64,000 nt of DNA, taken from the NCBI GenBank assembly GCA_964270895.1, contig OZ185447.1, one strand, 5' to 3'. How positions within the stretch are numbered: position 1 is the first letter of the stretch; every line of letters starts with the position of its first letter. A program made the position numbers and the translations under genes. The DNA comes from Podarcis filfolensis. Its lineage: Eukaryota. The notes beneath the pieces are model-generated. The model saw only the letters and a program-made list of their open reading frames with translations. It was not told the origin of the DNA and did no database searches. Shown piece by piece: positions 25,199 to 38,160 of the stretch.

Positions 25199-27024
25199 TA
25201 TCTATATCTTTTACTTCAAAGAGAACTTCCAAACACTCCAAAATATTTATAGACTGAAAGGATACAAGTGAAATACAAGGTATCCTGGGCATATACAGAA
25301 ATACATTGAGTTGAAGAGGCCTTTCAAGAATGTGCATGGTAGACATCAGACCATAAAATAGCTTGCATATTTTTTTGCCAAACTTAAATCCTACCATGGA
25401 GTACCAATTCCAAAAGAGCAACCATGATTATTCTTGCTGCCATAAAGTCAAGCTAATGAACTCTTTCGCCTTTGAGTACAAAAAGAGACCGCCTCTTCCA
25501 CCATGTACAAATTGCAACATCTGAGATCAATGAAGTTATTGCTTGGTTTCCACTACTTGGTTTCCAGAAAATATAAGGGAAATGCACATGGTCTGCAAAA
25601 GAGGGGTACAGCCTTGGGGGAAACATGCTTCCATTTAATCAGGGTTCTCTTGCTAACTAGGATTTGAAACGAGAGGTCAAAGTAGTTTTGCACATCCTAA
25701 CTGCATCAGTGAGATATAAGCCACAGCTAAGTCAACAAGGGAAAGGATGGAATATGCACTCCCATGGCTGGTTCCTGATTTACAAATCATGCTTTGCAGG
25801 GAACCAGTGTTGTGCCTGCATCAGAACTTAATTTGTATGTGACACTTAAATCACTAACTATAACCCATCCTGAGCCTTAGGAATTGGCTTGGACTCGAAG
25901 TCTAAAAAGAAAAATACATTTTGCCCGCTATTAGCCACCCAACATGCACACAGGGAGTAACAAGATTCCATATTTCTGTTTATGATGCTGAAATAGTTCT
26001 TCCACAAATTGTATTTAAAATACCACCATTCCTCTGGGAGGAGCTGTATGGAGAATATTGTCCACAGCAATTTATAAATAATACAAACAGTTCAGACTGG
26101 GTGAGCTTTCTTTAGAAGCTTCCCTGCTGTCCAGGGACTTCTATTTTCTTTTCTTCACTTTCCTTTTTACAGCTCACTTTATAAACTGTGTTCTCTCTGG
26201 GAAATGTGTATCTGCAGACTGCCACAGTCACCACACTCATGAATACCATCATTAAAAGTCTGATATCTGCTCCAAGCACAGGCGTTATTAGGCCCGAGGA
26301 ACAGGAACTGATGGATGGCCGATTACATATACCAAACAGTGCTTGAAACTCCCATTGTTCTGGGCACATTTTGCAATAGAGAATTTCATTAGCATGAGCA
26401 GTTTCTGAGCTCTGGATGCAGTACTGCGCCTAAGATTTCAGAGTAAAACTGCAGAGTGGAAGGAAAGGAGGACCTTTTTCTGCCTCCCCACTTCCAGCTA
26501 CTCTCTGAAGACTTAATATTCTTAAGAATATTATAGGGGCGGGCAGGGGAAGGACTAGACCATTTGAAAAATGAACATAATATTTTAGCTGCAGTTCATT
26601 GGTTTTCAGCTTTGTATTCTTGTTATAAAAAAAAGCGTACCTAGGCATTCCGTTGTTGCACCCATAACCTAGGTTTAAGGTGCCATTTAGCTCCTAGCTT
26701 TCATATCTCAGTTTCTAACACTGATACCAAACCCCTTCTCTACAACTTCCATAGGCTTCCTGAAATTATGGTGTGTGTGTTGGGCAGCAACCACAAGAAG
26801 GTCAGAAAAAGATGAGGGAAGAATCCATGAAGCACCTTGCCTCACTCCTGAGCCATTGCCCTGCTTGTACCATGTTGTTAATTCTTTGGGAACAATAAGC
26901 AATTCAGGCCCAGTGTTGTAGAGCAGATTGAATACTGGCATTTTAATGGGGTCAACATAGGGCAACTACCCGGAAAGGAAAAAGAGGGCAAGCGAGTCAG
27001 GCAAAAACGGTGGCATTGATACCC

Positions 27025-27350
27025 AGGCCTAGACAGCACATAGTTAAATTATGGAACTCACTCCCATAAGAGCAAGTGGTGGCCACCAACTTAAACTGTT
27101 TTAAAATAGCTTTTGGCAAATTTATGAAGGAGAGGGTTATTGATGGCTTTTAGCCATGATGGCAATGCTCTGCCTCCACAATTGGAGCAATGCTTCTGAA
27201 TACCTGTTGCTGGAAACCACAGGAGAGGAGATTGCTATTGTGCTCAAATCCTGCTTGCTGGTTTCCTGCAGGCTTTTGTTCAGACACTGTAAGAACAGGA
27301 TACTGTACTAGATGGGCCATCGGCCTGATCCCTCTTATGCTCTTATGATC
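27025..27350 (+). mobile_element. CR1 LINE 3' end (ORF2 C-terminus and 3'UTR)
   Basis: catagttaaattatggaactcactccc...ggcaaatttatgaagg...ctgaatacctgttgctgg...ctagatgggccatcggcctgatcc...tatgctcttatgatc matches the squamate CR1 3' end pattern. Confidence 0.75.
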
Positions 27351-27435
27351 CATCAGTCTGCAGTCTATGCCAAAAGCTGCCAACACCAGAGGGGACAAAT
27401 AAGAGCATGTCTTCTTATGTTAGTTTTGCAAAGTT

Positions 27436-28198
27436 TAGGCCTGGGCAATATTATCGATATATTGCCCAGGACCAGTGTGAGGAGCAGGCCACAATGTCAG
27501 GTTCGCTCAGCGGTATACCGCTGGTGAAACTGCCACTGCTCCAAAGTTCCTCTGCTAGCAGCGTCTGCTGGGGGAAGTCAGGCGCTGCTAGCAGAGGGAC
27601 TCAGGAGCGATGGTGGTTTCACCAGTGATATATCACTGAGTGAAACCGCCATCCCACTCTGCCCTCATACAACAGAGAGGGATAAACAAGCTGTAGCGGC
27701 GAGGCACCAATACAGCTTGTTCCTCCATCTACATTTTTTAACTGCTTCAATGTAGAGCTGCCCTTGCCTCAGTAGAGCAGTTAAAGGAGCCTCCAGGCTG
27801 TCGCTGGCTGCCACAAGCCAGCAGTGGGGTGGGGGCTCCGTGAAACTGCTCAGCTGAGGGGAATGCGGTGGCTGCTCCCCACAGTGAGCAGTTAAAGGAG
27901 CCCCAATGCTCTGCCCACTTGCATGTGAGCAGCAAGAACACCTGGGCTGTCTCAGCTGGTGGGGGGAGAACCTTCCTTCTCCCCAGCTGAGCTGCACAAA
28001 CAAGTAGCATTGTGCCAGCCCGTGAGCCTGGGTGAAATCGCCTCAGCTTTTGAGGTGAGAACTGAGGAGGTTTCAACCGGTGTCTCGCAGGCAGAGGTCA
28101 ATGCACCTAGTTTTTTCAACACTGCAGTATACTGTCAAACCTCAGTGTTTGGCTGACGATACACCACAATGTTGAAAAGCTGATGTTGTCCAGCCCTA
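27436..28198. mobile_element. Roughly 760-bp non-autonomous hAT-like element
   Basis: Imperfect TIRs taggcctgggcaatat / atgttgtccagcccta, degenerate 8-bp flanks gcaaagtt / gaccagtt, GC-rich interior with direct repeat gagcagttaaaggagcc. Confidence 0.55.
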
Positions 28199-31100
28199 GA
28201 CCAGTTAGACCAATATTCTGGTATTTTCATTTTGATTGCACATACTCAATTTTTCTCCAGCACCCTCCATTGCTGATACGCCTTTTGAATAAACTGCTTA
28301 ACTGGATTTCTGAGCTGTGCTGGTTTGTTAACACACTCAAGAGGATGGTTGTCCCAACCGCTGCTCCACTGTTGGCTGTTAAAATGCCTGGTAAAACATG
28401 AGGGAGATAGGATGAAGTTGCCAAGCAAGACACTTGGAATTCAGCTGGCTGTTCGCCTGCTCCTGAGTAGACAACCACAAGACAGTGGGAATCCTGCACT
28501 TCTTGTCCTAGGTAACATATAACCATGTAGTAACAAGCAGAGAGAGAGAGAAAGCTGTTGCAATTTATCTCTTTTTAACCTGGAAGTCCTTGTGAGAAAC
28601 TAACATCATCATGCAAGATAGATCTCAGGGTCTTATGGGTGGAAATGTAATTCACAAGAAGAGCAAACAAAGGCCAATGGTTTTTGTTCACCCTAACACC
28701 CCCCCCCACAAAAAAGGCTGACTTAAAGGGTTGTAATCTCCCCTGCTTTGTTTCAAACCCCCCACAAAATTTGCCCAAGAGTTCTCCTTTAACATTCACC
28801 CCAGATCACAGTAAAACATTAAGGAAGAATATTTCCACTCCTGTGACAAAAAGAAAATGAGTATAGTTATTGGGGTGGTGAAAAGTATGTATCAAAATTG
28901 TGAATCATTCCCGCTTCAAGTACTTTGAGATTATCCTATTTTATCCTCACAGCCGTACTGAGAGTTAGGTCAGGCCAAGTAATAATGCCTTGTCTAAAGC
29001 TGCTCACTAAGCCTCATGACTGCAAAGGGATGTGAACAAAGGCCCCATAGACCAAGCCCAACAGTCTATCCATTACAGCATACTGCCAATTTTTATAGGG
29101 GTAACACTCATGCATTCTCTTCCCTACCCCCATTGCTATTGTGGGACTAGTCATTCTGAATGCAACAACTGTCCACACAAACACTGGCTCCTCTGGGATA
29201 CCCAGAAGATCTGAAGGAGTGCTATTAACAATTCAGAATACCAGAACACCAGCACAGATATGCAAACTATATTGGTGTGAGAGCATTGCTGCTTCTAGTA
29301 GGTGTTCTAACAATGGTGTGAACTCTCCTGCTATTTAAGAACCAAGATGACTAAAAGTATTGTACAAAGCATTAAGCAATCGCTGTGTATAAGGAATGCA
29401 ACCTGTATTTCACAAACAAGACAGGAATGTTGTCCGACTGAGAGATGGGCACATGGTAGCAATTAGAAAAGGGAAAAGGTTGGGCAACAGGTCTAAGGAG
29501 TAATCTTAGTACTTTATTGATCCACTGTATGAGATTAATTCGATTTATGACTGGCTACACACGAAAAGAATCCTGAAGCAATTTACAGGGGTAACATACC
29601 ACATCCGATAAAAATCTATCAAAACAAAATATACTGAAAGTGTTCATCCAAATCACCCACTAGTGGGTTCTGACACTGTTTTCTCTGCACTTTTTGGTTC
29701 CACCATTGGGGGGGGGTGTATTCTTTTCTCTACAACTTTACACTACCCCAAAGCCCAGAATAAGAAAAGTATTTGCTTGGAGACGGAAGATCGACCAAGT
29801 CCCTGCAGATAGCATTCCACAAATGCAGAGTTGGGGGCATAGAGAACACCCTCTTTACAACAATTAGAAAGGGATATATCTAATGCTAGTCAAACACAGA
29901 GTAGATCCACTGAAAATACTTGGGTCCATTAATTTCAATGGGTATACTCATAATCTAGCTGGATACAAACCAAAGCTCTTTCGCCGTTCTCCCTAAATTT
30001 GTAAGTGTGAGGAATATAAAAGAACTGAAAGTGCTGATCAGTTGACAAGCATGACCAACCAAGTGAGGTACACCTACCCTCTTTTAGGGAAAAAAACTCC
30101 AGTGCCAAAATGTTGTCAATGTTCAGTTCAAACAGTCTGATGAAATTTAGGATTTTTTTTGCACTTGGATTTGAGAAACTGTTACCTTTATTAATACCTG
30201 AAAATGATTTATAATGAAATAAAGCAACATTAATTCTAACCCATCAAAGATATGTAATGTCACACCATAATTCCCATGATGAACTGATATTTTTTTTTCC
30301 TATTGTATAGTGATCTGATCCAATGCAGCAGCATGAAAAGGACACAAAAGGAAAGAGATCTTCACAACTGCCCTCTTTCTGGAGAACTGCCAAAGTAAGA
30401 GCTTGAACATCTTCCAGAAGCATTTTAAGACTTTCCTTTTCAGGCTGACTTTTTGCAGCTAAGGTTAAGCCGGCATGGTGAATGAGGATGTACATACTTA
30501 AATGGGGTTTTGAAATCCTGGTTCCATTGTGTGTGTGTATTTAAAAATGATAAACACACTCCACAGGTTAAAATGTTCCTTTAAAAACATAATTACTAGG
30601 GTTGTGTGCATGCCATCGTTCAATGTAAGCATGGGTTTGTTAAAAGGATATGTAGTCTGCTTTTCAATTAAAAAAAAGAAGAGTTAACTATTACAGAACA
30701 ATAAAAACAATACAAAGGATCGACCCTTAAGAGAGTGATACCCAAAGGCAGAAACAACAATCCCCCAATATTACCCATCACGGTAGGAGAAAAGGTTTAA
30801 GGAAAACCACTGCAGTGCAGTACCCCCACTTCCAACCTATACGTCCAATTCAAAGGGATACAATCATCAATGGCAACAGTTCACAAACATGCTCATTGTT
30901 CACACTGGCAAATATATCTTCCAATCAGTATCAGGGTGAGTCCCCATCCTTCTCCAAGCCTAAAGGACAGAACTCTTGCTGATGGCAAGCAAAGTTTTGG
31001 AGTCCTCTGAGAAGCAGCAAGGTGGTTTGCTGCTTTCTGAGCATCTCATGGACTCATTATGTTAGGGGAGGCAGAGGATAGGGTTTCACCAACTGCAGCC

Positions 31101-31899
31101 AGAGTGCACCTCTAGGTCCGCATGTTGCCGGTTAAGACCCCACCCACCTTAAGTGAAGACAGTTAGTGGTGAACACAAATCTTGGCTGGCTAATGACAAG
31201 CAAAATTCATGGACTTCTGATAGATGGTACCAAAAATTGCTGAGAAATTAAGGGAAATCAACTTATCTTTCTCCCAGCAAAGATCATCAGCTATGGTAAT
31301 AAAATTAGTAGGGGTCCCAAACTCCAGCAACAAAACTGACTGAAGAGGATCATGTTAAGCAAAGTCATCTTGATGAGTCTGGAATTGCTTGGCCAGAGCC
31401 TTTTTGATTATTCTTGGTCATAAAAGCAAGCTGAACATTGGCTTCCCCAGGCTCTTTATCACTAGCCATGATGGATAGGGGTCAGATAGGCACGTCAAAT
31501 GTACTGATCCAAAAGCCCCCTTCACATCCTTGGCTGCCAGCACTTGGAACTCCTCCAATAAAACCTACCCAGACACCCATGTGGTTGACTCAGAAAAATG
31601 GGTGGAATCAATTTGGAATGGATGTAAATGATTTTATCCACAGAACCTGTCATAGAAGGACATGAGTTAAGCCCTCCAGTGAAGGAGACACAGAATGGTA
31701 AAGCCGCAACTGTACAAAACCTTGCACTCAGAGGTGGTGAAATCCACAGATTTCTACTCCACTGTCACTGTGAGGAAATAAACCTTTCACCAGGCTGTTT
31801 GATTGGCATTGCTACAACTTTTCATCCATTCCTGCCACCTCATTCCTGCCACCTCATTATTACCAGCTTGGCCTGCTTGCCAGCTATGACCATTCCTGG

Positions 31900-32530
31900 A
31901 CATGGATAGCCTGACCATGGCAGTCCATGCACTGGCAACCTCAAAGCTAGATTACTGAAATGCTTCTATATGAGGCTGCCCTTGGACCTGGTTCAGAAGC
32001 TCCAGCTGGTGCAAAATGTGGTGGCCAGTCAGCTGATGGAGCAAATGCCCAACAACACGTGGCATCATTGTTAAAACATCTCCCCGGCTACCTATCTACT
32101 ACTGAGCCAGGTTCAAGGTCCTTGTATTAATTTTCAAAGCCCTGAACAACTTAGGTCCAGGGTACCTTAGGGACTGTCTGAACCCTTAATATCCCAACTC
32201 GATTACTAAGATCATCTGCAGGAGTGTCACTGGTCATCCCCTGAGTTGGTGAGGCTCATCTGACAGTGACATGACACTGAGCCTTTAGCATCATCTTCCA
32301 AAAAGAGATTCAGCAGATGCCTTCTGCTTTAACCTTTAAGAATCTGCTGAAAACATTTCTATGCCACCAAGCTTATGGATACAATTAAGAAAACAGATTC
32401 CTGTAATAGTTAACTGATTATTTCTGGCAGTTTTTTACATGTTTTTGCATATGTGTGTGTGTGTGCGTTATAAACCACTTTAGATTTTTTAAAAAATGAA
32501 CAGTGGCATACAAGTATTTTTATAAATATA
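31900..32530 (+). mobile_element. Decayed L2-clade LINE 3' portion
   Basis: Broken frames give VHAL.TSKLDY, LVQKLQLVQN and RFKVLVLIFKALNNLGPGYLRD, typical of the L2 ORF2 C-terminus, followed by an AT-rich tail. Confidence 0.8.
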
Positions 32531-34800
32531 TAACCCACCGTTTTCCATTAACCACCACAACTTCACACTTCTAATGCCACTGAATCTGTTCAGGGATAGC
32601 ACACAGCAGCTGGTCAAAGGTCAGACTGGCCTTTGTCCTATGATCAGATACTGGACAATACTTTTTAACACAGCTTTTGAATAGCAAATCATTGCTACAA
32701 TGTGGCACATAGCCAGATACTCATGGGCCTGTAGCCAATTAAACAGATCTGCTAGTGCAAGGATTTCTGATTGTGCAACAGACCCTCCCGCAGGGTGCAG
32801 GGAGAGAACATGGGAAGTTCATTTGTGCAAGGGTAGATCCTTGTGCTGGTGGATTTATTTAGAGTAATACAGCCCAAGATAGAGAGATCTAGGCACCAGG
32901 GCCACGGAGACCCTTGAACATAGACATGAAATCATGCACCCCTGTAATTCAAGTACTACTGGGTTCAGAAAAATGTCATGATTTAATCAATTGATGATTT
33001 GGAGTACCTTTCTAGTCAAAATAGAGATGCTCAATTAAACACTGCAATGCATGTACACAAGGGTATAATTTCTTTTAATCCAATATGATTTCTTGGTATT
33101 ACTCTTTGTGCTAAACCTCGTACGTATATCACAAAGTGGACAGCTGTCATTAAAGGTTGGACCATGCTACACACTAGGGAGGTGGCATCTGGAAATTAAC
33201 TGGGATTAAATTGTAATGTTTTATACAATGCTAGTTTCTAACTAGCTGTGAATGTGTGTAATCTGAAAGGAAGAGGACAAATCAGGCAATAAGTCATGTT
33301 AAGGAGGACTCACAACATTCACATGTGACTAAAAGCCTAAATGAAAGCTAAATGCTGAATAGGTATAATTAGAAAAAAGGCCTTAATTTACAAACTAGGG
33401 CTTTAAAGAGCCATACATTCACCTCAGAACCAAAACTTAAAGCCTGGGCAATGTTCTTAAACCAAGAATGCTGACTGTGCCACTGCTGCCAGACCACTGC
33501 CGCTTCTACTGCTGTCTCCCACCGCTGTGGTGAGGCCTTGCAGCCTGCTACTGATTTTGCTACCACCGCCAGGCCACTGCTTTAATTGCCACTGCCGCTA
33601 TTGCCACTGCTGTAGCAAAGTCTCATAGGCTGCTACTGCTGTTGCCTCCCACCACCACGACAAGGCTTTGCAGGCCATCAGCACTTCTGCCGCCGCTGCC
33701 ATGAGGCTTCACAAACCACAGCTGCGACTGCTGCCACCAGGTCAAATATTATGAAACAGTTATCACAATGTAAACTTCAAACTGGTTTTAGACAATATAT
33801 CCCTCTGTCACCCAGTCCTAGTGAGCATCAAAATCACCTGCTAAAACAGTGTCTTATTTACCGTCATTTTAGCAGGTGACACCTTGCAAATTTGCACAGC
33901 ACCCCCTGTAAATGGATGCAGGACCACTCCCTTTTAGCAGCACTTTGCAAGGTGTTTTGAAGTCCCCTCTTCAGGACTTCAAAGCATCTTGAAAAGGTGG
34001 GTGACCCTGCATACCTGTCAAATTTGGTCTGCAAAGCTGATCCTGAAAAGGATTTGGCCCATGGAGCCAATATGTTTCCCAACACCTGTTGTAGAGTCTG
34101 TGTACTCCCTGCATAGAATTACCACCACAGGTTAAAGTGGGAGTTTGCTTAATCCCCAAATATATGCTCCTGTGAGAAAGACACAGTGTTTGCAGAAAAG
34201 GAGCCTTTACATATGAGTTGTGGCGAATCACTACAAAAAGGGAGTTACTGAAACAGAAGAGGTGCGTGATGAGATGGGCTCCATACATACAAAATACCGT
34301 GCACTTATTCGGATTAAATCGTTTTTGAATAACCAGTTTTTCCAAGGAAATGGCAGTGCAGTTTAGAATCCTAGTCTACCCATAAGTGTATGCATTACAA
34401 CACTTTCATCACTGCAAGTACATGCAGCCCAAACACTGAATCATAGTATCGTGCAACAAACTAACTATTTAAAAAAGAATCTTGTCAGAGATCTAGCATT
34501 CCAATTGTCTCTACAATTTGGGCTCTTTACAGGAGGCATAAATAATTGATTAATAATAATAATCAATTATTATTACTCACTACCATCCAAATACCCTCCA
34601 AAATTTCCTGGATAAAGTGTTCAAGTTAACAGTCAAAATCTAAATCACTTGCAGTATAGCATCCTTTAGAAATTAACCAGTCTGGATCCTGAAGGGCATT
34701 TGTGACTTTTGAGTTATATGAATATAAAACTCACACACAACATTCCCAAGTACAGCAGTTGTGAGGACATCTATGTTGACCAGAAACAGATTTCACATCC

Positions 34801-34820
34801 GGGGTGGGGGTGGGGTGGGG
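34801..34820 (+). other. Canonical G-quadruplex motif GGGGTGGGGGTGGGGTGGGG
   Basis: Four G-tracts of 4-5 nt with 1-nt loops. Confidence 0.7.
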
Positions 34821-36240
34821 TCAGACTTGTTACACCAAAGAGTGTTCTGTGGTACCTTCATGATTTAACAAATTTATTATAAATTTTGTGGACCGCAGTC
34901 CATTCATTTGATGCATGAAGTGTAATTGTGAATTGGTAAGCAGTGGCAAACACATGGCTGAGGGGAGCAAAGTTAAATGGAAATGAAATTCATAACGAAC
35001 AGTGCCTCAAAGCAAGATAATTACAGTGACCAATTAACAAGGCAGTGTTGATGACAGCACCAACATCTTGGCATTGGTATCCAATTAACATATGTATTGA
35101 ATTGTAATTCATCTGTTTCATGCTGGACTTTCCCTTTAGAGATCTTTGGATTTTATATTTCTGCGTGATTTACATCTAATGCTACTTCAGCAATGTCAGA
35201 TCAGCCACAGAGCTTTCCTTAAGTGACCAGGGAGAGTTGCCACCCCATTGATTTTAAAGAGTGTTCCTACTCCTTTTCCTATCTCACCAATTCCCCTCTC
35301 AGTTCTGACAGTATACGAGTTACAGGTGCATATGCTCAACTATATCAACATGGCTTCTTCACTACTAGAGTGGAATAGAAACGATTAAGTATTGGTTTTT
35401 CTCTTGCTGTAAACTGAGGCTATTGTCAAAAAATAAGGAGGCAGCCTACTGAGCAGTACTCTATTGTTTGCTTTGCTGCAGAGCTAAGTGATTATTTTCT
35501 CCATAGGAGCCACACCTTCAGAACAGACATTCTTAACAAATGTTCTCATTCTGGTACACAGACCAACTAGCTTTCTTCCACAAAAGAGGGGAGAGTGTTC
35601 CTTATTACTGTAATGACCTGATTGTGACAAGCAGACACGAGGAGTAGGAAAACAATGCTTAATGGACAGCCCATATGGTATCAATTCATGATGTAAAAAT
35701 AGGTGATTGCCCAACAGGCTTGCAAGCATAACATTATTTTTAAAATGTCTTGAAAACCACATGCAGTTTGAAATATTTCACTTAACCTCTTAAGTGACTG
35801 GGAACATAAATTTCAGGAGAGATTTATGTATATAACACCATAGCTCTCAAAATATATAGACAGCTTCCTAAGGAACCAGGTCACAGAAGTTAAGAGTTCA
35901 GAGAGTGAGAGTTTAAATGGGTGGTCTATGACTAGACAATACATCCTGCGGATCACCAACTGGTGGCGAGTGCCTTGCTTTAAGCAGAGGCAGGGCACAC
36001 ATACAATGAAGACAGTCATACCCAGCTTGAGGACTACTTTTGCAAAGATGATGTTCCTGGTTTGAGGAAAAGCTACTTTTAGGTGAGGCAGGGAAGGAAA
36101 TGGTTTAAAACTGTATGAAAGCAGGATGTTTGGCTCTGACCATTTTCTACCCCTGCAATTGCATTTCAAATGGATGGCTTACACAATTACTACTTTCTGG
36201 AGGAAGGTTCACACAGCGGTGCAGCTAAGTACTTCTAGAT

Positions 36241-36498
36241 CAGGAGTCAGCAACCTTTTTCAGCCGTAGGCTGGTCCACCATCCCTCAGACCATGTGGTG
36301 GGCTGGACTGTATTTTGAAAAAATAAATTAAAAAATGAACAAATTCCTATGCCCCAGAAATAACCCAGAGATGCATTTTAAATAAAAGCACACATTCTAC
36401 TCATGTAAAAACACACTGATTCCCGGACCATCTGTGCGTCAGACTGAGAAGGCATTTGGGCCGCATCCGGCCCACAGGCCTTGGGTTGCCTACCCCTG
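36241..36498. mobile_element. hAT-like MITE (same family as 58613-58819)
   Basis: Ends caggagtcagcaacc / ggttgcctacccctg. 8-bp TSD ttctagat / ttctagac. Shares the interior taacccagagatgcattttaaataaaagcacacattctactcatgtaaaaacac with the second copy. Confidence 0.85.
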
Positions 36499-37050
36499 TT
36501 CTAGACCTTATACTAAATGGTCTTACGGGAAGTGGGGACACCTTATATGACCATGAGTATCATCTCTCCACCTTGCGTCACTTCATTCACTGCAAGTGGT
36601 TAAATATTCCAGCATTGTTAGAGCAAAAGCACAAACAAAGCAGCTTGACAACCTTGATAAAATAAGAAAATAGAGAACATACAGTTGTGATATTTAAACT
36701 CGCTTAAATCACTGTACTATCCTGACTACAGGAAGAAAATGCAATTTGATTCTGCTGCCTTGATGGGAATGCACAAACTTTGTTCTAGAAAAACAGTATT
36801 GTATATTTTAAAGTTGAAAAAATAATCAAATTAGCATCTGCAATCATGTACTTTTCTGGTCAGCCACCTCAAGCATATAAAAAGCTTAAAATAAGTGGAG
36901 GGATGGAAGGATGCTACAAATATAGTATCAGGCCTGGTGGGCTTTGGCATGCCCATGGCAGCCCAGGTGTTGATACCTGGCTTCTTTGCCACTGGGGGAT
37001 CAAGGGCTTCTATTCATATAGAAGCCTTTGACCAGTCCAGGAGCAGAGTC

Positions 37051-37242
37051 ACACCATGCATTTAAAGCACATTCCATATCCATTTAAGGCACATGGCTTC
37101 CCCCAAAGAATCCTGGAAAGTGTAGTTTGTTAAGGTTGTTGGGAATTGTAGCTCTCTGAGGGTGGAACTACAATTCCCAGGATTCTTTGGGGGAAGTCAT
37201 GAATATTAAATGTGCACTGAATATGCTTTAAATGTATGGTAT
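37051..37242. mobile_element. Palindromic non-autonomous DNA element
   Basis: Arms acaccatgcatttaaagcac...ggcttcccccaaagaatcctgg versus ccaggattctttgggggaagtc...tgctttaaatgtatggtat. Confidence 0.65.
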
Positions 37243-37308
37243 GGATGTACCCCAGGTGACCTTTCTTTTAATTCTGAAGATGTTTGACTTGGCTACTGTT
37301 TGATATTA

Positions 37309-37567
37309 CCGTATTTTTCGCTCTATAAGACGCACCAGACCACAAGACGCACCTAGTTTTTGGAGGGGGAAAACAAGAAAAAAAATATTCTGAACCTCAG
37401 AAGCCAGAACAGCAAGCGGGATCGCTGCGCTGTGAAAGCAGCAATCCCTCTTGCTGTTCTGGCTTCTGGGATAGCTGTGCAGCCTGCATTCGCTCCATAA
37501 GATGCACACACATTTCCCCTTACTTTTTAGGAGGGAAAAAGTGAGTCTTATAGAGCAAAAAATACGG
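37309..37567. mobile_element. Tc1/mariner (Tigger-like) MITE
   Basis: TIRs ccgtatttttcgctctataagac / gtcttatagagcaaaaaatacgg, TA on both sides. Confidence 0.88.
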
Positions 37568-38039
37568 TATTTTATTGTCCAAGCATTAACAGATTTTTAT
37601 CTGCTCTTCAATTCACAGGTAAGGTGTTATGTGACTAAAGTCAGTCATTGATTTCAATGGTTCTTCTCTGAGTATGATTCTGTTGGATACCACCCATCAT
37701 TATGTATTTTTAGTATGCTTTTATTCTGGTTATTAGCTTCCTTGAGTCTGTAGACAGAAATGAAGGATACTGAAAAAACAAACAATTTCTGTCAGATCAT
37801 CAAACATAAGGAGAGATGTACTATCAGATGGCAGCTTCCCCTGGAGACTCAAAGTCTGACCATCTTTCTGAAGAACTATTTACTCAAGTTATCTTTGGTG
37901 ACAACAGGCAAGGGTTCATTTGACTAAAGGGTGGGGCTTAAATGTACATTGTATCTAGTTGTCTGAGTACCTCTGTGTTTTGTGTTAAGGGCTGGTACAG
38001 TGCAGTGGCTAAAATAGTGAACTTCTTAGTTTAGACAAC

Positions 38040-38160
38040 AATGCTCTGTGGCCTCAGGCAAGCCATTAATCAAAGCACAGTATCTGCAAAATGGGAATAA
38101 TACTACAGGCTTGTTGTAAGGATCACCAAGATGTTTGCAAACACTGAAAAGCTCAAATGC
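38040..38160 (+). mobile_element. Ancient MIR/CORE-SINE fragment
   Basis: ctctgtggcctcaggcaagccatt...atctgcaaaatgggaataata...gcttgttgtaaggat resembles the MIR core. Confidence 0.55.

Noticed and set aside
26708-26965. Minus-strand ORF with a GVRQG motif
   Set aside because: Probably a very old RTE reverse-transcriptase remnant, but the similarity is too short to support boundaries. Not a gene.
30244-30495. 83-aa minus-strand ORF in intron 1 as an alternative FBXL20 exon
   Set aside because: No consensus phase-0 donor and no recognisable homology.
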